Below, piece by piece: positions 13,417 through 25,300 of a stretch of 64,000 bases of DNA. The position numbers and the translations under genes were made by a program. Position 1 is the first letter of the stretch, and each line of letters opens with the position of its first letter. This stretch comes from Selaginella moellendorffii. Taxonomy: Eukaryota; Plantae; Lycopodiophyta. A model generated the notes under the pieces. It made no database searches and had not been told where the DNA came from. It saw nothing but the letters and a program-made list of their open reading frames with translations. The stretch spans positions 662,183-726,182 of the forward strand of contig NW_003314320.1 of the NCBI RefSeq assembly GCF_000143415.4, read 5' to 3'.

Positions 13417-16120
13417 ATGGAGAAGCAGCCGGATTCTCCCGTCGCGCCTTCGTCTCCGCCGCCGGGCGAGGCGTTGCCAGATTCACAGGGCGAAAAATCG
13501 AAGAGCCTCGTGGCGCCGCAAGCGCAATCGATCCAGGTAAATTTTGATAATGTCGGTGAATCGCTACAGCGATTTCTTGTGGCGGCAGGCTGTGCAATCG
13601 CCGCAGCAGCAGCAAGCATGCAAGAGCGAGGATTATCGGAAGCTCTTCCATCTTCCCGTTGAAGAGGTGTGATCGAATTTTTCTTCGCGACGTCTCCTCC
13701 CGCTGAATTTTTGTTCTCTCTTTCCAGATTCTAGTCCAGGATTTTAACTGCGCCTTCCAGAAGAAGATACTCTTGCAGGTGCTCTTGTCTTTTTACTCAC
13801 CATTTCCAGTTCTTGTGTTGTCCGCATTGTAATAAACTAACAAGCAAACAAACGGTGGCAGGGACACATGTACCTCTTTGAGCAATACATATGTTTCTAC
13901 TCTAACATTTTTGGCTACGAGAAGAAGGTATCTATCCACATAGTTCTTCTACTTTCTTCAAGTTCTTTAATTTTTTTTTCAGAAAGTTTTGCCATTGAAA
14001 GACGTAGCGTTCGTGCGTAAGTCATGGACGGCTGGACTTTTTCCAAATGCTATTGAAATTGGCGCCTGGGGGAAGAAGGTAACTTTTGCAGATCGTTTCG
14101 ACGTTTCACTTGTCGGCTGATCGCTGCGTTGTTTCAGTATTTCTTTGCATCGTTTCTCTCACGCGACGAAGCGTACAGATTAATTGTAAGAGGATGGTCA
14201 CGTCACAGTGGTCATGCAAGAACATCAGAGTTGGTATGTCGCTTCTCTCTGAAGTAACTTTCCAGCAACTTGCCTTACGCTTTCTTTAATTCAACAGCTA
14301 GAGCAAATGATTCCTTCGCAGGCTTCACTGAGCCCGACAATCTGTAAAAACAGGTATAGTCTTACCCATTGGAGAGATCAATCGGTTTCATCTTTTTACT
14401 TCTAGCGAAATTCTCGAAATTCAAGAGGTGGGCTGCACGGAGGAAGGCGATGAAAAACAAGTTCTCCCAAAGTTGGAAGAGAGCACAGTTTCCAGCGCAG
14501 TAACGACTGAACCCGGTGTCAATGAATCGGTTATTTGGAAAATTGAAGACACCCCGCCTCCACCTTGTACGTGTCTATTCTCGAGGTAACATTCGGTCTG
14601 GAACATTAGCTTGCTAAGAAACAAATTTTGTGTTCTTGCAGTGCCTTTGGAGTTCAAGACAATTATGGAATCAGAATTTCCAGTATTTCTGTTACCTGGT
14701 TGCTTTTACTTCGAGCTCACCCCTGGCTGATAGGTTGACGTGCAAGACTTCTTTGAACTTTTCTTCTCTGATAATGCCACCAATTTTGCTGACGTTTTTC
14801 GTAAGAGATGTGGCGATGAAGGTGAGAACCGCACATTGGTTTCGGATCACACTGAAAATTATATTTTAGATTTTAGGTCCACCCTGTGGTCCTCGCATCC
14901 ACGCTTTGGCCATGTCCGTGACATCTCTTTTCGCCACCCGGTGAACTTGTACTTTGGTAAGTGTCTTAAGCTACTTTACTCTCACTGATGTTTGGAACTC
15001 CGGCAGGTCCTAAGTCAGCTGTATGTAGTGAAACACAACGTTTTCGAGTGTACCGTGACAGGTAAGAACTCTGGAATTTTATTAATAAGTTTACAGTTTC
15101 TGTGCAGCCATTTGGTCATTGAGACGTCGCAACAAATGTCGGAGATTCCATACGCTGATTATTTTCACGTAGAGGTATTGTGAACCGGAATATCAATTTT
15201 CTGCTGAACTTCTGGAATCAGGTGCGATGGGATGTTGAAAGAGTTCCTAAACCAGTCTCATTTCATTCATATGTTCGCGTTTCTATGAACGTTGACTTCT
15301 CCAAAAAGACCTTATGGAGAGGTACGCTATATTCGCAGCGTAAATGCGTGAGAACAATTTTTTTATTCTGGTTTAGGCAAGATCGAGCAAGCAACACTTG
15401 ACGAATGCAAAGAGACGTATTCACTTTGGGTGCAAGAGGTATGCTAGCTTTGTCCCAATCAAACTTTGTGACTAAAGATTAATTTTCTAGGCACACAACG
15501 TTCTCAATTCTAGAGCTGACCCGGGACGCGTGGAAGCTTCACTGGAAAATTCCCCCACAGGTGATCTCCTGGAATGCATAACTCGTTCTTTTTTTTACAA
15601 TAACGTTTGTGGCCAGAAGGGAGCAAGCCATCCGAAGACTTGAGCTTGATCGCTGACAGCAGAGAAAGCGAGCACGTACGAACGCGGAAGAAAATCGCGG
15701 CACTGCTCGGCGGCATTCGCAACTTCGTGCTGCGGTTCCTATCGGAGAATCCTGTAGCCTGTGGGATCCTCCTCATCGCTATCGTCATCGTGCTAGCGCA
15801 GGTAGGAAACAGAAGTTTTCCTTGGAAAGTTCTCTAACTTCGTGACGATGGATGCTCTCTCGCAGGCCTTTACGCTCCTCACAGTGTCAAGCGAGCATCA
15901 CCATCAATCTCCCGAGACGATTTACACCCCGGAAAGCATGAAACGATGTTATGGGGGATCGAGTGATGCTCTAGCGTGGCTAGAACAACGCGCTCGCACC
16001 GTGAAAGACGAGGTAGCATTGGCGGAAGCCCGTCTACAAAGCTTGCAACAGGACCTCTCGCTGCTAAAGCTCCACATGAATTTATTCGAGAGATTGAGAA
16101 CACAACATCAGAAGATTTGA
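13417..16120 (+). CDS. GRAM-VASt domain membrane protein, VAD1-like
   Basis: KSEDYRKLFHLPVEEILVQDFNCAFQKKILLQGHMYLF...CFYSNIFGYEKK, FPNAIEI, YFFASFLSRDEAY (GRAM); IPYADYFHVEVRW (VASt). Followed by a TM segment (GILLIAIVIVLAQ) and a C-terminal coiled coil. Confidence 0.9.
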
Positions 16121-16547
16121 TCGAGCTAATGGCGAATATTTTGGGTATATACATAGTTTTAAAGAGTAAAGGCAATGTGAAGCGTTGCGCCCGGTGCCAG
16201 ACCTAGATTTGCCGAACCAAACGGAGCCCCCGAGCCTGAGGAGATGCCCGAACCTGGCTCTCTCACCCACAAGCCTGGTGCGCAAGCCCTAGAACGCTTG
16301 AGACGCCATTTCATCACCGCCACGCTACGCCGGGCGCCCGGGGCCGCGCATCGGTGGTCCGTGCTAGGGATTTCCAGCGCTCTCGGCCTGCTACCTCGAG
16401 GAATTCGAGGTATGGAGTGAGATTTCCAGGCGCGGAGTGAGATTTCCAGGGGGCGGAGCTGTGCAGCCAGAAAGGGCAGGGTAGGATGGTGCGGCGATTC
16501 TAGCTCGCGAGTGTGGAGGAATTCCACCGGGAGGGGGGCGGTGCGGC

Positions 16548-19385
16548 ATGGATTCGGAAGATGACATGCACGACGCCTGCACCTCGGATGACTACGATAG
16601 GGATGAGGACGAGGACAGTGATATGATTCCAAGCGATGAGGACGGTGACGAGATCGGCGACGACGAGTCGGACTATGGCTTCGACGATCAGTCAGCTGAT
16701 ATCTTCCAGCCCAGCTCCAAATGCTCTCAGGTAAGCTCTAGCACTGGCTCCAGGGTTTGATTCCATTTGCTCTTCCTCTTTGCGCTACAGATCAACTTTG
16801 TCATTCTTAGTGAGGCTGAGATCCGGCAAAGGCAGGAGCAATCCATCACAAGTGTTGCGACCGTTTTGTCTGTACCACGGATAGACGCGGTTATTCTTTT
16901 GAGACATTTCAAGTGGTATGTATGCTAGTCGACTCGTCCTGGCCTTCTGTGGGACGCCAAATTGTTTCTTTCTCGTGACGCGTTGTTGCAGGAGTGTTAG
17001 CAGAGTAAACGAGGAATGGTTTGCGGACGAGCAGGGGGTACGGCGGTCTGTGGGTCTCCTCGAAAGGCCAACGTCCCAAAGCACTCCAATGGCTATAGAG
17101 GTAACTTTACGAACTCTTCTTCTTCGTCGTCTCTTCTTCTTTTGCGTTTGGAAAAAGTGCTGAGGGGATTTTGTTTTGCTTTGCAGCCGACATGCGGTAT
17201 CTGTTTTGAGTTGCGCTCTGTTGATAGAATGAAGGCGCCCGCGTTTTGTAACCATTCGTTTTGTGACATATGTTGGACTGGTGAGTTCACTCGTTTTGCT
17301 TTTCGCGCTGCTAACTTTGGTGTTTGTGTAGGATACATGCATACGGCAATCACGGATGGGCCAGGTTGCCTGACCCTTCGTTGCCCCGATCCACCTTGTG
17401 GCGCTGCCATTGGGGATGACATGATAATGTCGTTGGTCTCGGAAGAAGACCGTAACAAGTACATGCGATTTCTCCTTAGATCTTACGTTGAAGATAATAG
17501 AAAGGTCTTTCCTCTTTTTTTTTTTTCTTTTTGTTTCCACTGAGTGGATTATTCATAGGAAGAATACTGAAATTTTGTTTTTGTTTTCTTTTTTTTTTCT
17601 TCTCGTGCGCAGGCGAAGTGGTGTCCAGCTCCAGGTTGTGAATTTGCTGTCGAGTTTGTACCAGGCAGTGGATCCTACGACATCGTTTGCAAGTGCGGGC
17701 ATTATTTCTGCTGGAATGTAAATGTTTTTTTCTTCTTTTTGATGTCGCCTGGGGTTTCTGACGCTTGGTTTTCTTTAGTGCTTAGAGGAAGCGCACCGAC
17801 CGGTAGATTGTGAGACTGTTGCAAAGTGGATCCTCAAGAACAGCGCGGAGTCAGAAAACATGAACTGGTACTATATCCAGCCTTTGTATCAAGTCATTGT
17901 CACGTACGTAGCTGTTGTCAGGATCTTGGCGAACTCCAAACCATGCCCGAAATGCAAAAGACCGATAGAAAAGAACTTGGGGTGCATGCACATTACCTGT
18001 ACGCCACCGTGCAAGTTTGAATTTTGCTGGTAAGTTCACATTTCTATCGTTCTTGGCTAGATACATCATGTTTACCATCTATACAGGCTATGCCTTGGTC
18101 CGTGGTCGGAACACGGCGAACGAACCGGAGGGTTCTACGCTTGCAACCGATACGAAGCGGCTAAGCAGGAGGGAGTGGTACCAATTGATATTTACGTTTC
18201 CCTTCACGGACTCATCCTGTTTGTGTAACAGTACGATGAAGCTGAGAGGAGGAGAGAAATGGCTAAGAACTCGTTAGAGAGATATACACATTACTACGAG
18301 CGATGGGCCACGAACGAATCAGTTGAGTTTCCAATTTGAGTATCTGATAGGCCTTTCTAACTTCGTTCATGGTACAGTCCAAAACGAAAGCGATTTCAGA
18401 TCTACAACAGATGCAAACGGTTCAGGTAAATAACCCTGTCTTTGAAGTTCTTTTCCTCACTTCCAGGCTAATGCGTTGCTGTTGTGCAACGCAGATCGAA
18501 AAACTCAGTGACAAGCAATGCCAGCCAGTATCCCAGTTGAAGTTCGTTACGGAAGCGTGGATTCAGGTGAGAGCCGCGATGCCGAAACCAGGAGCATAGA
18601 TTTTCTTTACTGAGCTAATTCTGCTTGCAGATTGTAGAATGCCGCCGTGTTCTCAAGTGGACCTACGCATACGGCTACTATCTTCCTGAAATGGAGCAGG
18701 CCAAGGCTCAGTTTTTCGAATACTTGCAAGGTACTTCCGTAAGCAAGAAAGCAAAAAAAAATGCAAAAGAGAGACGCTTTTTCTCCGTGAAGAAGACAAA
18801 GCTTTAACACCTCGGTTGGCATGTCTTCAGGTGAAGCAGAGGCCGGATTGGAGCGCTTGCATCTGTGCGCTGAAAAGGACTTGCAGATATTTCTAGAGGG
18901 GGATTCACCCAACGCCGCGTTCAACGAGTTTCGAACCAGGCTTGCGGGCCTCACAAGGTAAGAGCGGAGCCTGTGTATGTATAGAGTATATAGTAAGCGT
19001 CCACTTGCATTTAGCTGCTTTCTTTCTCCCCTCTGGCATCACTCACGCCGCTTGTGTCTTGTCCCTATACAGTGTAACCAAGACGTACTTCGAGAACCTT
19101 GTAAGAGCCTTGGAGAACGGGCTCTCAGATGTGGAGAACTCGCGATCTGGGAAAGGGGCGAGCTCCAAAGCCTCTGGAAGTTCCAAAGGCAAGTCTGGGA
19201 AGATTAGGATTCTTGGTGGCGGTGGTGGTGGTGGTGCTGGCTCCAGGAATGGAAATGGTGGCTCCAGCCGCGGTGGCGGCGGAGGTGACGATCATTGGTC
19301 TTGCGATAACTGTACATTTGTGAACGTGAATGGGGCGACAGCGTGTTCCGTCTGCAACCGTGTGAGACCCACGGCCGCATTTTAG
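16548..19385 (+). CDS. ARI: ARIADNE-family RBR E3 ubiquitin ligase (ARI5/7/8-like) with a C-terminal RanBP2-type zinc finger
   Basis: Acidic N-terminus; RING1 CGICFE...[10 protein letters not shown]...RCPDPPC; [11 protein letters not shown]; RING2 [21 protein letters not shown]; Ariadne domain [13 protein letters not shown]; [10 protein letters not shown]...CSVC after a Gly-rich linker. Confidence 0.95.
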
Positions 19386-19751
19386 CGACGCAAGAATTCG
19401 AGGTGAGAAGTTCCGACTTTTCGTATTACAACCAACACAGGCACAGGTTCAACAGGAAGGACAAAAAAAAGTGAAAGAAAGCTGTAAATATGCTGGTTTA
19501 ACTTATTATGTGTGTACATATCATGCCATTTTAGATAAATCAAAAGGATCAAAGCCTTAGAATCAAAAAGAAGAAAGGAATAGAGAGGAAGACAAAAAAA
19601 AAATCTGATCTGATCTGACCAGATAGAATATGACGTTTTACAAAAGAGTTCTAAGATTAAAAGAAAGAAAAAAGGAGAAACAAAATCTACTCCTCTGATA
19701 CATCTCAGCTCTACAAAAAAAAAAAAAAAAAAAAGTGGCTTTTCTGTTGTG

Positions 19752-20380
19752 TCATGGATTGTAGAGCTTGTTGCCACACTTGCACTTCCACCCCTCAGGC
19801 TTGTAGTTGGAATATTCACTGCAGACTTGGCTTGGTGGGGAGGAAGATTCCCCCTGTGGGGAAGAAGAGGAAGAGGAAGAGGAAGAGGAAGGAGTGGAGG
19901 AAGAAGAGGGGCTCTGATGAGACAGTGGTGCTGGGACCTGGACTGCTTGGCAGGGGAGGCAGGAATTACACTTGTTGGAGCAGCTGGGAGGCCTGGATCC
20001 GATCTTGAAGCTCAGCTCGCCTCTCGCAGGCTGCACAAACGAGAATGGCGTGCGTGAATCCCAGCACTCCAATCCATAGCCCAAAAGCCCAAACGAGCGC
20101 GATGGATCTTACCTGCGCGGGGCTGACATCCAGATCGGTACTCGAGGATGGGTGTCCATGATATTCCAATGCTCCTCCTCCTCCTCCTCCTCCTCCTGGG
20201 AAAACAATCAAGACGAGCGATCAGCTAGAGGGAGTGGGAGCGTCGGGGGGAGCGATTACCGACTGGAGCGAGCAGGGATCGTGCGGCCGTGCAGCAGCAG
20301 ATCGAGATGACGCTCTGGATCAAGAGCAAGCAGCAGTAGCTAGAAGAGCACGACGGCGAAGAGGAGGAGGAGGCGATCAT
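19752..20380 (-). CDS. EPFL: EPF-like secreted cysteine-rich peptide, EPFL1/2-type; 3 exons
   Basis: Signal-like exon 1 (MIASSSSSPSCSSSYCCLLLIQSVISICCC). Mature domain IGSRPPSCSNKCNSCLPCQAVQVP...YSNYKPEGWKCKCGNKLYNP*. Confidence 0.9.
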
Positions 20381-20865
20381 CGCGAAGGACTTTGATCGAT
20401 CTAGGGAGAGGAGTTGGATCGTCCTGGCTAGCCCTGGGGGTGTCGATTGGATACCGCGGCGCGACTCCCAGATTTAAGAAGGGCGGCCGCCATTGGGATC
20501 GATGAATTCGATATTGCGGGGATTCCCAGGAAGATCGAATTTTTCGGCGCTGACCTATCCGATCGATTGGGAGGAGAGGAGAGGAGGGAGATCACGATTC
20601 ACGGCCGAGAGCTGGAAGAATGCCCTGGCGGCCGGGGAATTCCTGTTGCGTTTGTCTGTTGCGCTGCGCGCCCTTGTTCCTGTCTTGCATTAAAGGCACG
20701 CAACAGAAAGATTGTGTGTGGAAATCTGTGATGTGAGAGCGCGAGTGAGAGTGAGCGCGATTGAGAAGGAAAGACAGGACATGGATCGATCAATCCAAGT
20801 TTCGCATAAACCCTAAAACTCGGCAGGGAGAGTCTTTTCCCCTTTTATTCCCTGTCGCGTCATCT

Positions 20866-20968
20866 GCCACGTGGTCGACACGTCGGTGGGTTTTTGCCGA
20901 CGTGTCTTGCGGGCCGGGGGTTAAACAGGCTTTGCGGTGTTATATAAGCAGTGGGCCATTTTCACGTG
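20866..20968. promoter_or_regulatory. Cluster of G-box/ABRE-like and DRE-core motifs upstream of the EPFL1/2-type gene
   Basis: GCCACGTGG 20866-20874, GACACGTCGG 20877-20886, GCCGACGTGTC 20896-20906, CACGTG 20963-20968. Confidence 0.35.
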
Positions 20969-21488
20969 AGAGATGCTGCCAAAGATTTGCTCCTCAAAAG
21001 CTCTACACAAACATATGCCAAATCTCCCAAGTTGAGAGATTGGTGTGCTTGACTTTAAGAGATCACAAATAATATTAATCTAAAACAAATCTTAAACTCG
21101 CCCGTCTTCAAACGACAAGGCGGGTCAAAATTCTTGACGATCTTGTCAATCCCTCTCCATCACAAGGTAGAAAAAAGAAAGTTGCCATCCATAGATGGAG
21201 ATGGTCACTGTTTACTAGATTGTCCCAGGTCAAAAATCAAGCTTTCCACCGTCACTTTTACCCCATCACTCACTCAACCATGTGATCCACTTGAACAATC
21301 ACTGGCCTAGGTTTGACTTGTGAAGTGGTGGACTTTGAAGAGGCAACATTCATTTCTCAGAGCTTCTCCATCAAATCCATTTTCTTGTCTTGTTTTCCTA
21401 CTACTGAGCTTTCCAAAACTAGTTGTATTTCATTAATATAAACCTGTGCTAAGCTCTTCTCCTCTAAAGAGTTAGGTGTGTGTAAGTA

Positions 21489-21800
21489 TCATGGCATGTA
21501 GAGCTTGTTGCCACATTTGCACCTCCATGCCTCTGGGTAGTACTCTGTGGTTCTCACAAAGCCTGGCTGGATTGGAACATGCACAGCCCTGCATGGGGAG
21601 CAAAAGCCACACTTGGAATTGCACTGTGGTGGGGATGACCCCAGCCCACTCAAATCCCTCCTGGACTTGTCACCAGCAGATGGGCTCCTCCTGTTTGGGC
21701 TTGGGAAATCCAGCTTGGTCCTCTCCTGATGAGACAGAAACAACACACACAAACAAACAGATGATTCATGAGTAATTTGGTTGGTTTTGAAAAAATATAT

Positions 21801-21866
<66 letters not shown>

Positions 21867-22303
21867 CTGTGGGTGGAGGTGGAATTTACCTTGTGATCTT
21901 GGACTTCGGCACTTGCTGATACTGATGATGATGGTGCTAATCTCTTGTCATGGATTGGTTGCAACTTCCTGCTGCCTGTATTGCAAGTGCTAGTTAGCAA
22001 ATCTCAAAACTCCACCAAGAAAAGAAAGGAGAAAAGCTTCTCACCTCTTGACAATGTTGGGTCAGCCACTGCTGATCCCATGGAAGAAAGAGCAAGCAGC
22101 AAGAAGAGACAACAGACTGATGTCCATCTTCTTCTTCTGCTGCTGCTCCTGGTCATGATCATCCTGTGATGATCGAAACCAGGCTGAGACTCCTGCCGCT
22201 GCTGCGGTTGCATTTGATCATCAGGTGTGCAGCAACATGAGCAGCATGAGTGACGATCCGTCTCCACTTCCGCCTGCGCAGGCCGGCCTTGTCTGATGAT
22301 CAT
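21489..22303 (-). CDS. EPFL: EPF-like secreted peptide, EPFL4/5/6 (CHALLAH)-type; 3 exons
   Basis: Hydrophobic signal (WTSVCCLFLLLALSSMG). Mature domain LGSSPPQCNSKCGFCSPCRAVHVPIQPG...EYYPEAWRCKCGNKLYMP*. Confidence 0.92.
21803..21860. repeat. (CT)n microsatellite in an EPFL intron
   Basis: Uninterrupted CT dinucleotide run of ~58 bp. Confidence 0.95.
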
Positions 22304-25300
22304 GTCAAAGCTCCTTGAGAGGAGGTGATGATGATCACTTGCACAAGTGATGATCTCCCCCTCTTCTCCGCTACTCCTCCACGATCTTTAAATGCTGGGA
22401 ATTCCTACAACCAGGTTGCTGATCTCAGGAGGAGGGAGTGGAAGAGGAGGAGGAAGAAGGGGAGGAGGAGCTTGTACCTTGGCCTTTCCAACTGCAAACC
22501 ATTTATAACTCTGGGCCTGTTGCTGTGCTAGGAGGTGAGAGAGCACTGATTCTGCTGCTGCTATATACTGCTAGAATGCTGCTGGCCTGGCTGCTATGCT
22601 GTGCCTTTTGCCTGAATTCCTCCCTGCTTGAATTCAATGCAATTCAATTCCTTTGGTCGTCGAAAAGCTCTCTCTCCAGCTGATCTCCTCTCGAGCAGTT
22701 ACTCGTACCGCAAACGAGAAACTTGATGGCGAGCAAAGGGAAGTACTTTTGTTACTGCCGCCCCAAAGCAACGCAGATCGCGAGATCAGGAAGCGGTAAG
22801 AAGGAAGGGATACTCCCCCGGGAAGAAGCTCTCTTTCTCTTTCTCTCACTCCAGGAAGTTGAAGAACGTCCCTCACTCACAGACAGCTTTGACAAGAGCT
22901 CTCGCGATGCCTCGATGGTGGCGATGGATCAAATCACAAAGAAGAGATGGAGGAGGAGGAAATTCGTCGTGTCGCTGGCGAGAGAGAAAAGAAGTAGAAG
23001 AAAAAGAAAAGAAAAGCTGTGTGTGTGTGTGTGTGTGTGAGAAAGAGTCTACTCCTCAAAGTTGTCACTTGTCTATCTATTCCAAGTCCCTGCGGCTGCA
23101 CTTTGCTCGTTCATTAATTTTCCTCGCTGCTGCTACGCCCTGCGCCACACTGCTCGCCTCTGCTCCACGAATGCGACCTTGCAAACTCCCACACAAACAA
23201 AACCCTTGCTTTGCTTTGGCTTTGCCCACTCAGATGATCCTCAAATGCTCCCTCCCTGCTGCCTCCACACACACTACAGACACTCTTGAAATCTTCTCAA
23301 ACGCTCCTCTTGATAACAAGTGTGAGCCGCTCTCTGTGAGTCTGTCACTCTACAAATCGAATCTACTATCCACACACGCGCTGCTGGAAAAACGAGAAAG
23401 TTTCCTCCTTTCCTCACCTCTTTAGAGCAAACCTTACAGCGAGGGGGAGAGAGAGAGAGAGAGAGAGGTGGGGGATGCGGAACGAAACAAAACAGGGGAG
23501 ATTACAGTAAGTTTGTCGATCAAGCGCCGGGCGCATAAGAAAGGAAAAACAAAATGTCGATGATCCAGGGATCAGAAGGCAGGGAAAAAGAGATGACAGA
23601 CAGAGAGAGATGGATGGGACTGTCACAAATCGCGCTGCCGCTGCTACTGCTGCTGCTGCTACTCTCTCCTCTCTCTCTTTTTTAAGTGAAGAAAAAAATA
23701 AGAAAGCTCTCGTTTTCGCTTGTAATTGCTTTGACTGGATGGAAGCTGATGATCGATCGAGAACTGGGCGATCGCTGTCGAGTGCGAATCGAAGACCCAG
23801 AAGGCGAAAGCCCGAGAAGACCCAGATTGTGGAAAAAAGAGACAAGGAAAAACAGAGTGAGCCAAATTGGAGACCTTCTCTCTCGCCCAGCTATATAACT
23901 ATTTCGACCATAGCTATGGGACTCCCCGGTCGCCTCTGCGATTGCCACATTGGCCCCAAAATCTCGTCAATTGATTTGATCCATTCAAACAAACCCCGGA
24001 TTGATCGATCGAAGGAGAACTCCTTGCAGCCCATCACTCAGGGGGGACAAAAGAAAAAATACCGGAAGAAAAAAAGAATAGAAACACTCGTGCCTGAACT
24101 GCTAATTTCTAAAGATTTCAAACAAAGGTATGGAGCGTCGATCCATCGAAATTATTGCATTGTTGAGCGACGCAGGTTTGATCTGGTCTTCCACCTCGTC
24201 CTCTTGCGCAATTCTTACGGGAATTTCAATCGAGGTTTCTATAGACCTTTTTCTTCTTTTTTCTATCGTTTTTTATGCGGCCGCTGCTGCCGCGCCCGAG
24301 AAAAAAGAGTAGAAATTTAGGCAGTTATTAAGGAGATGGGATTAGTTTAGTGGGGGTGACGAATGCTTGTCTGGGGATCGGCCGACACAACGGCATTTCC
24401 TACGGATATTCGGCCATGCATTCACTTATTTGATTAGGGCGGTGGCTACTGACGTGTAACAGTCCGCCACCTTTCTGCTTTGACAGCAGCAGTCAATTTG
24501 CAAGCTTTTATCTTTTTCTAATCAAAAAGTTCTTAAACCCTAAACCAAAAGAATGTATGTCGTGTTTGTCAAAGTGATCGATTTTGCTGCTTTTGTAAAA
24601 GGCAGTCAAATGCCCACCAATGACCACCTTTCCTATGGGCTGATAGCAGTAGTTTACAAATTTTGATCATAATATATATACAACTCGCAGATGTGATCTG
24701 CTGGTCATGTGTTTGTATGCCGTGTTGTTTATTTACCATGCGTTGGTTGTAGTAGAGGTATACATTTGTTTATGGCTCCGAGCAATTGTTTAGGGGTTCT
24801 TGTATTTACCCTACAGTGGTATCTGCGTCACGCCGTCAATCCACCCGGAAATCTTTCCACACTGGCTTGATGTTCACAAATTTTATACACTTCCACCAAG
24901 TAGCCACTACATTGCGTGCTGCTGCTCTACTCGACCGAAAGAAGCGCATAAAATATGCCCCCAAGATAGATCATAGACATGATTTCTCGGGTGGCAGAAC
25001 ACGCTCGATTGAACAAACACTGAGACAGCGCTTGATATAGACAAATCCAGTTCTTTTCACTTTTCCAAACGCCTCGAACAAACCACGATTGATCCTGATC
25101 AGACGCAACCCAATAGTAATGTTTCACAGCTCAAAGGTGATGGGGACATTGTCTCCCGGGGATTCATACACGCAAGAATCTATCTTTCGCTTAAGCAGCT
25201 TGACTGAGAACGGAAAAATCTAGCATGGAAACATGCCACATACAGAATAGATTTTGTACTGATCGCGGCTACTACGTAGATACCACCAGGTCAAAATATT

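Noticed and set aside
23320-23625. miR156/535-like TGACAGACAGAGAGAG with a partial complement near 23330
   Set aside because: Poor match to the mature miRNAs, weak pairing, and explained by GA-repeat context.
23610-24320. 236-aa ORF
   Set aside because: Low complexity, crosses poly-A and microsatellite tracts, and has no recognisable domain.
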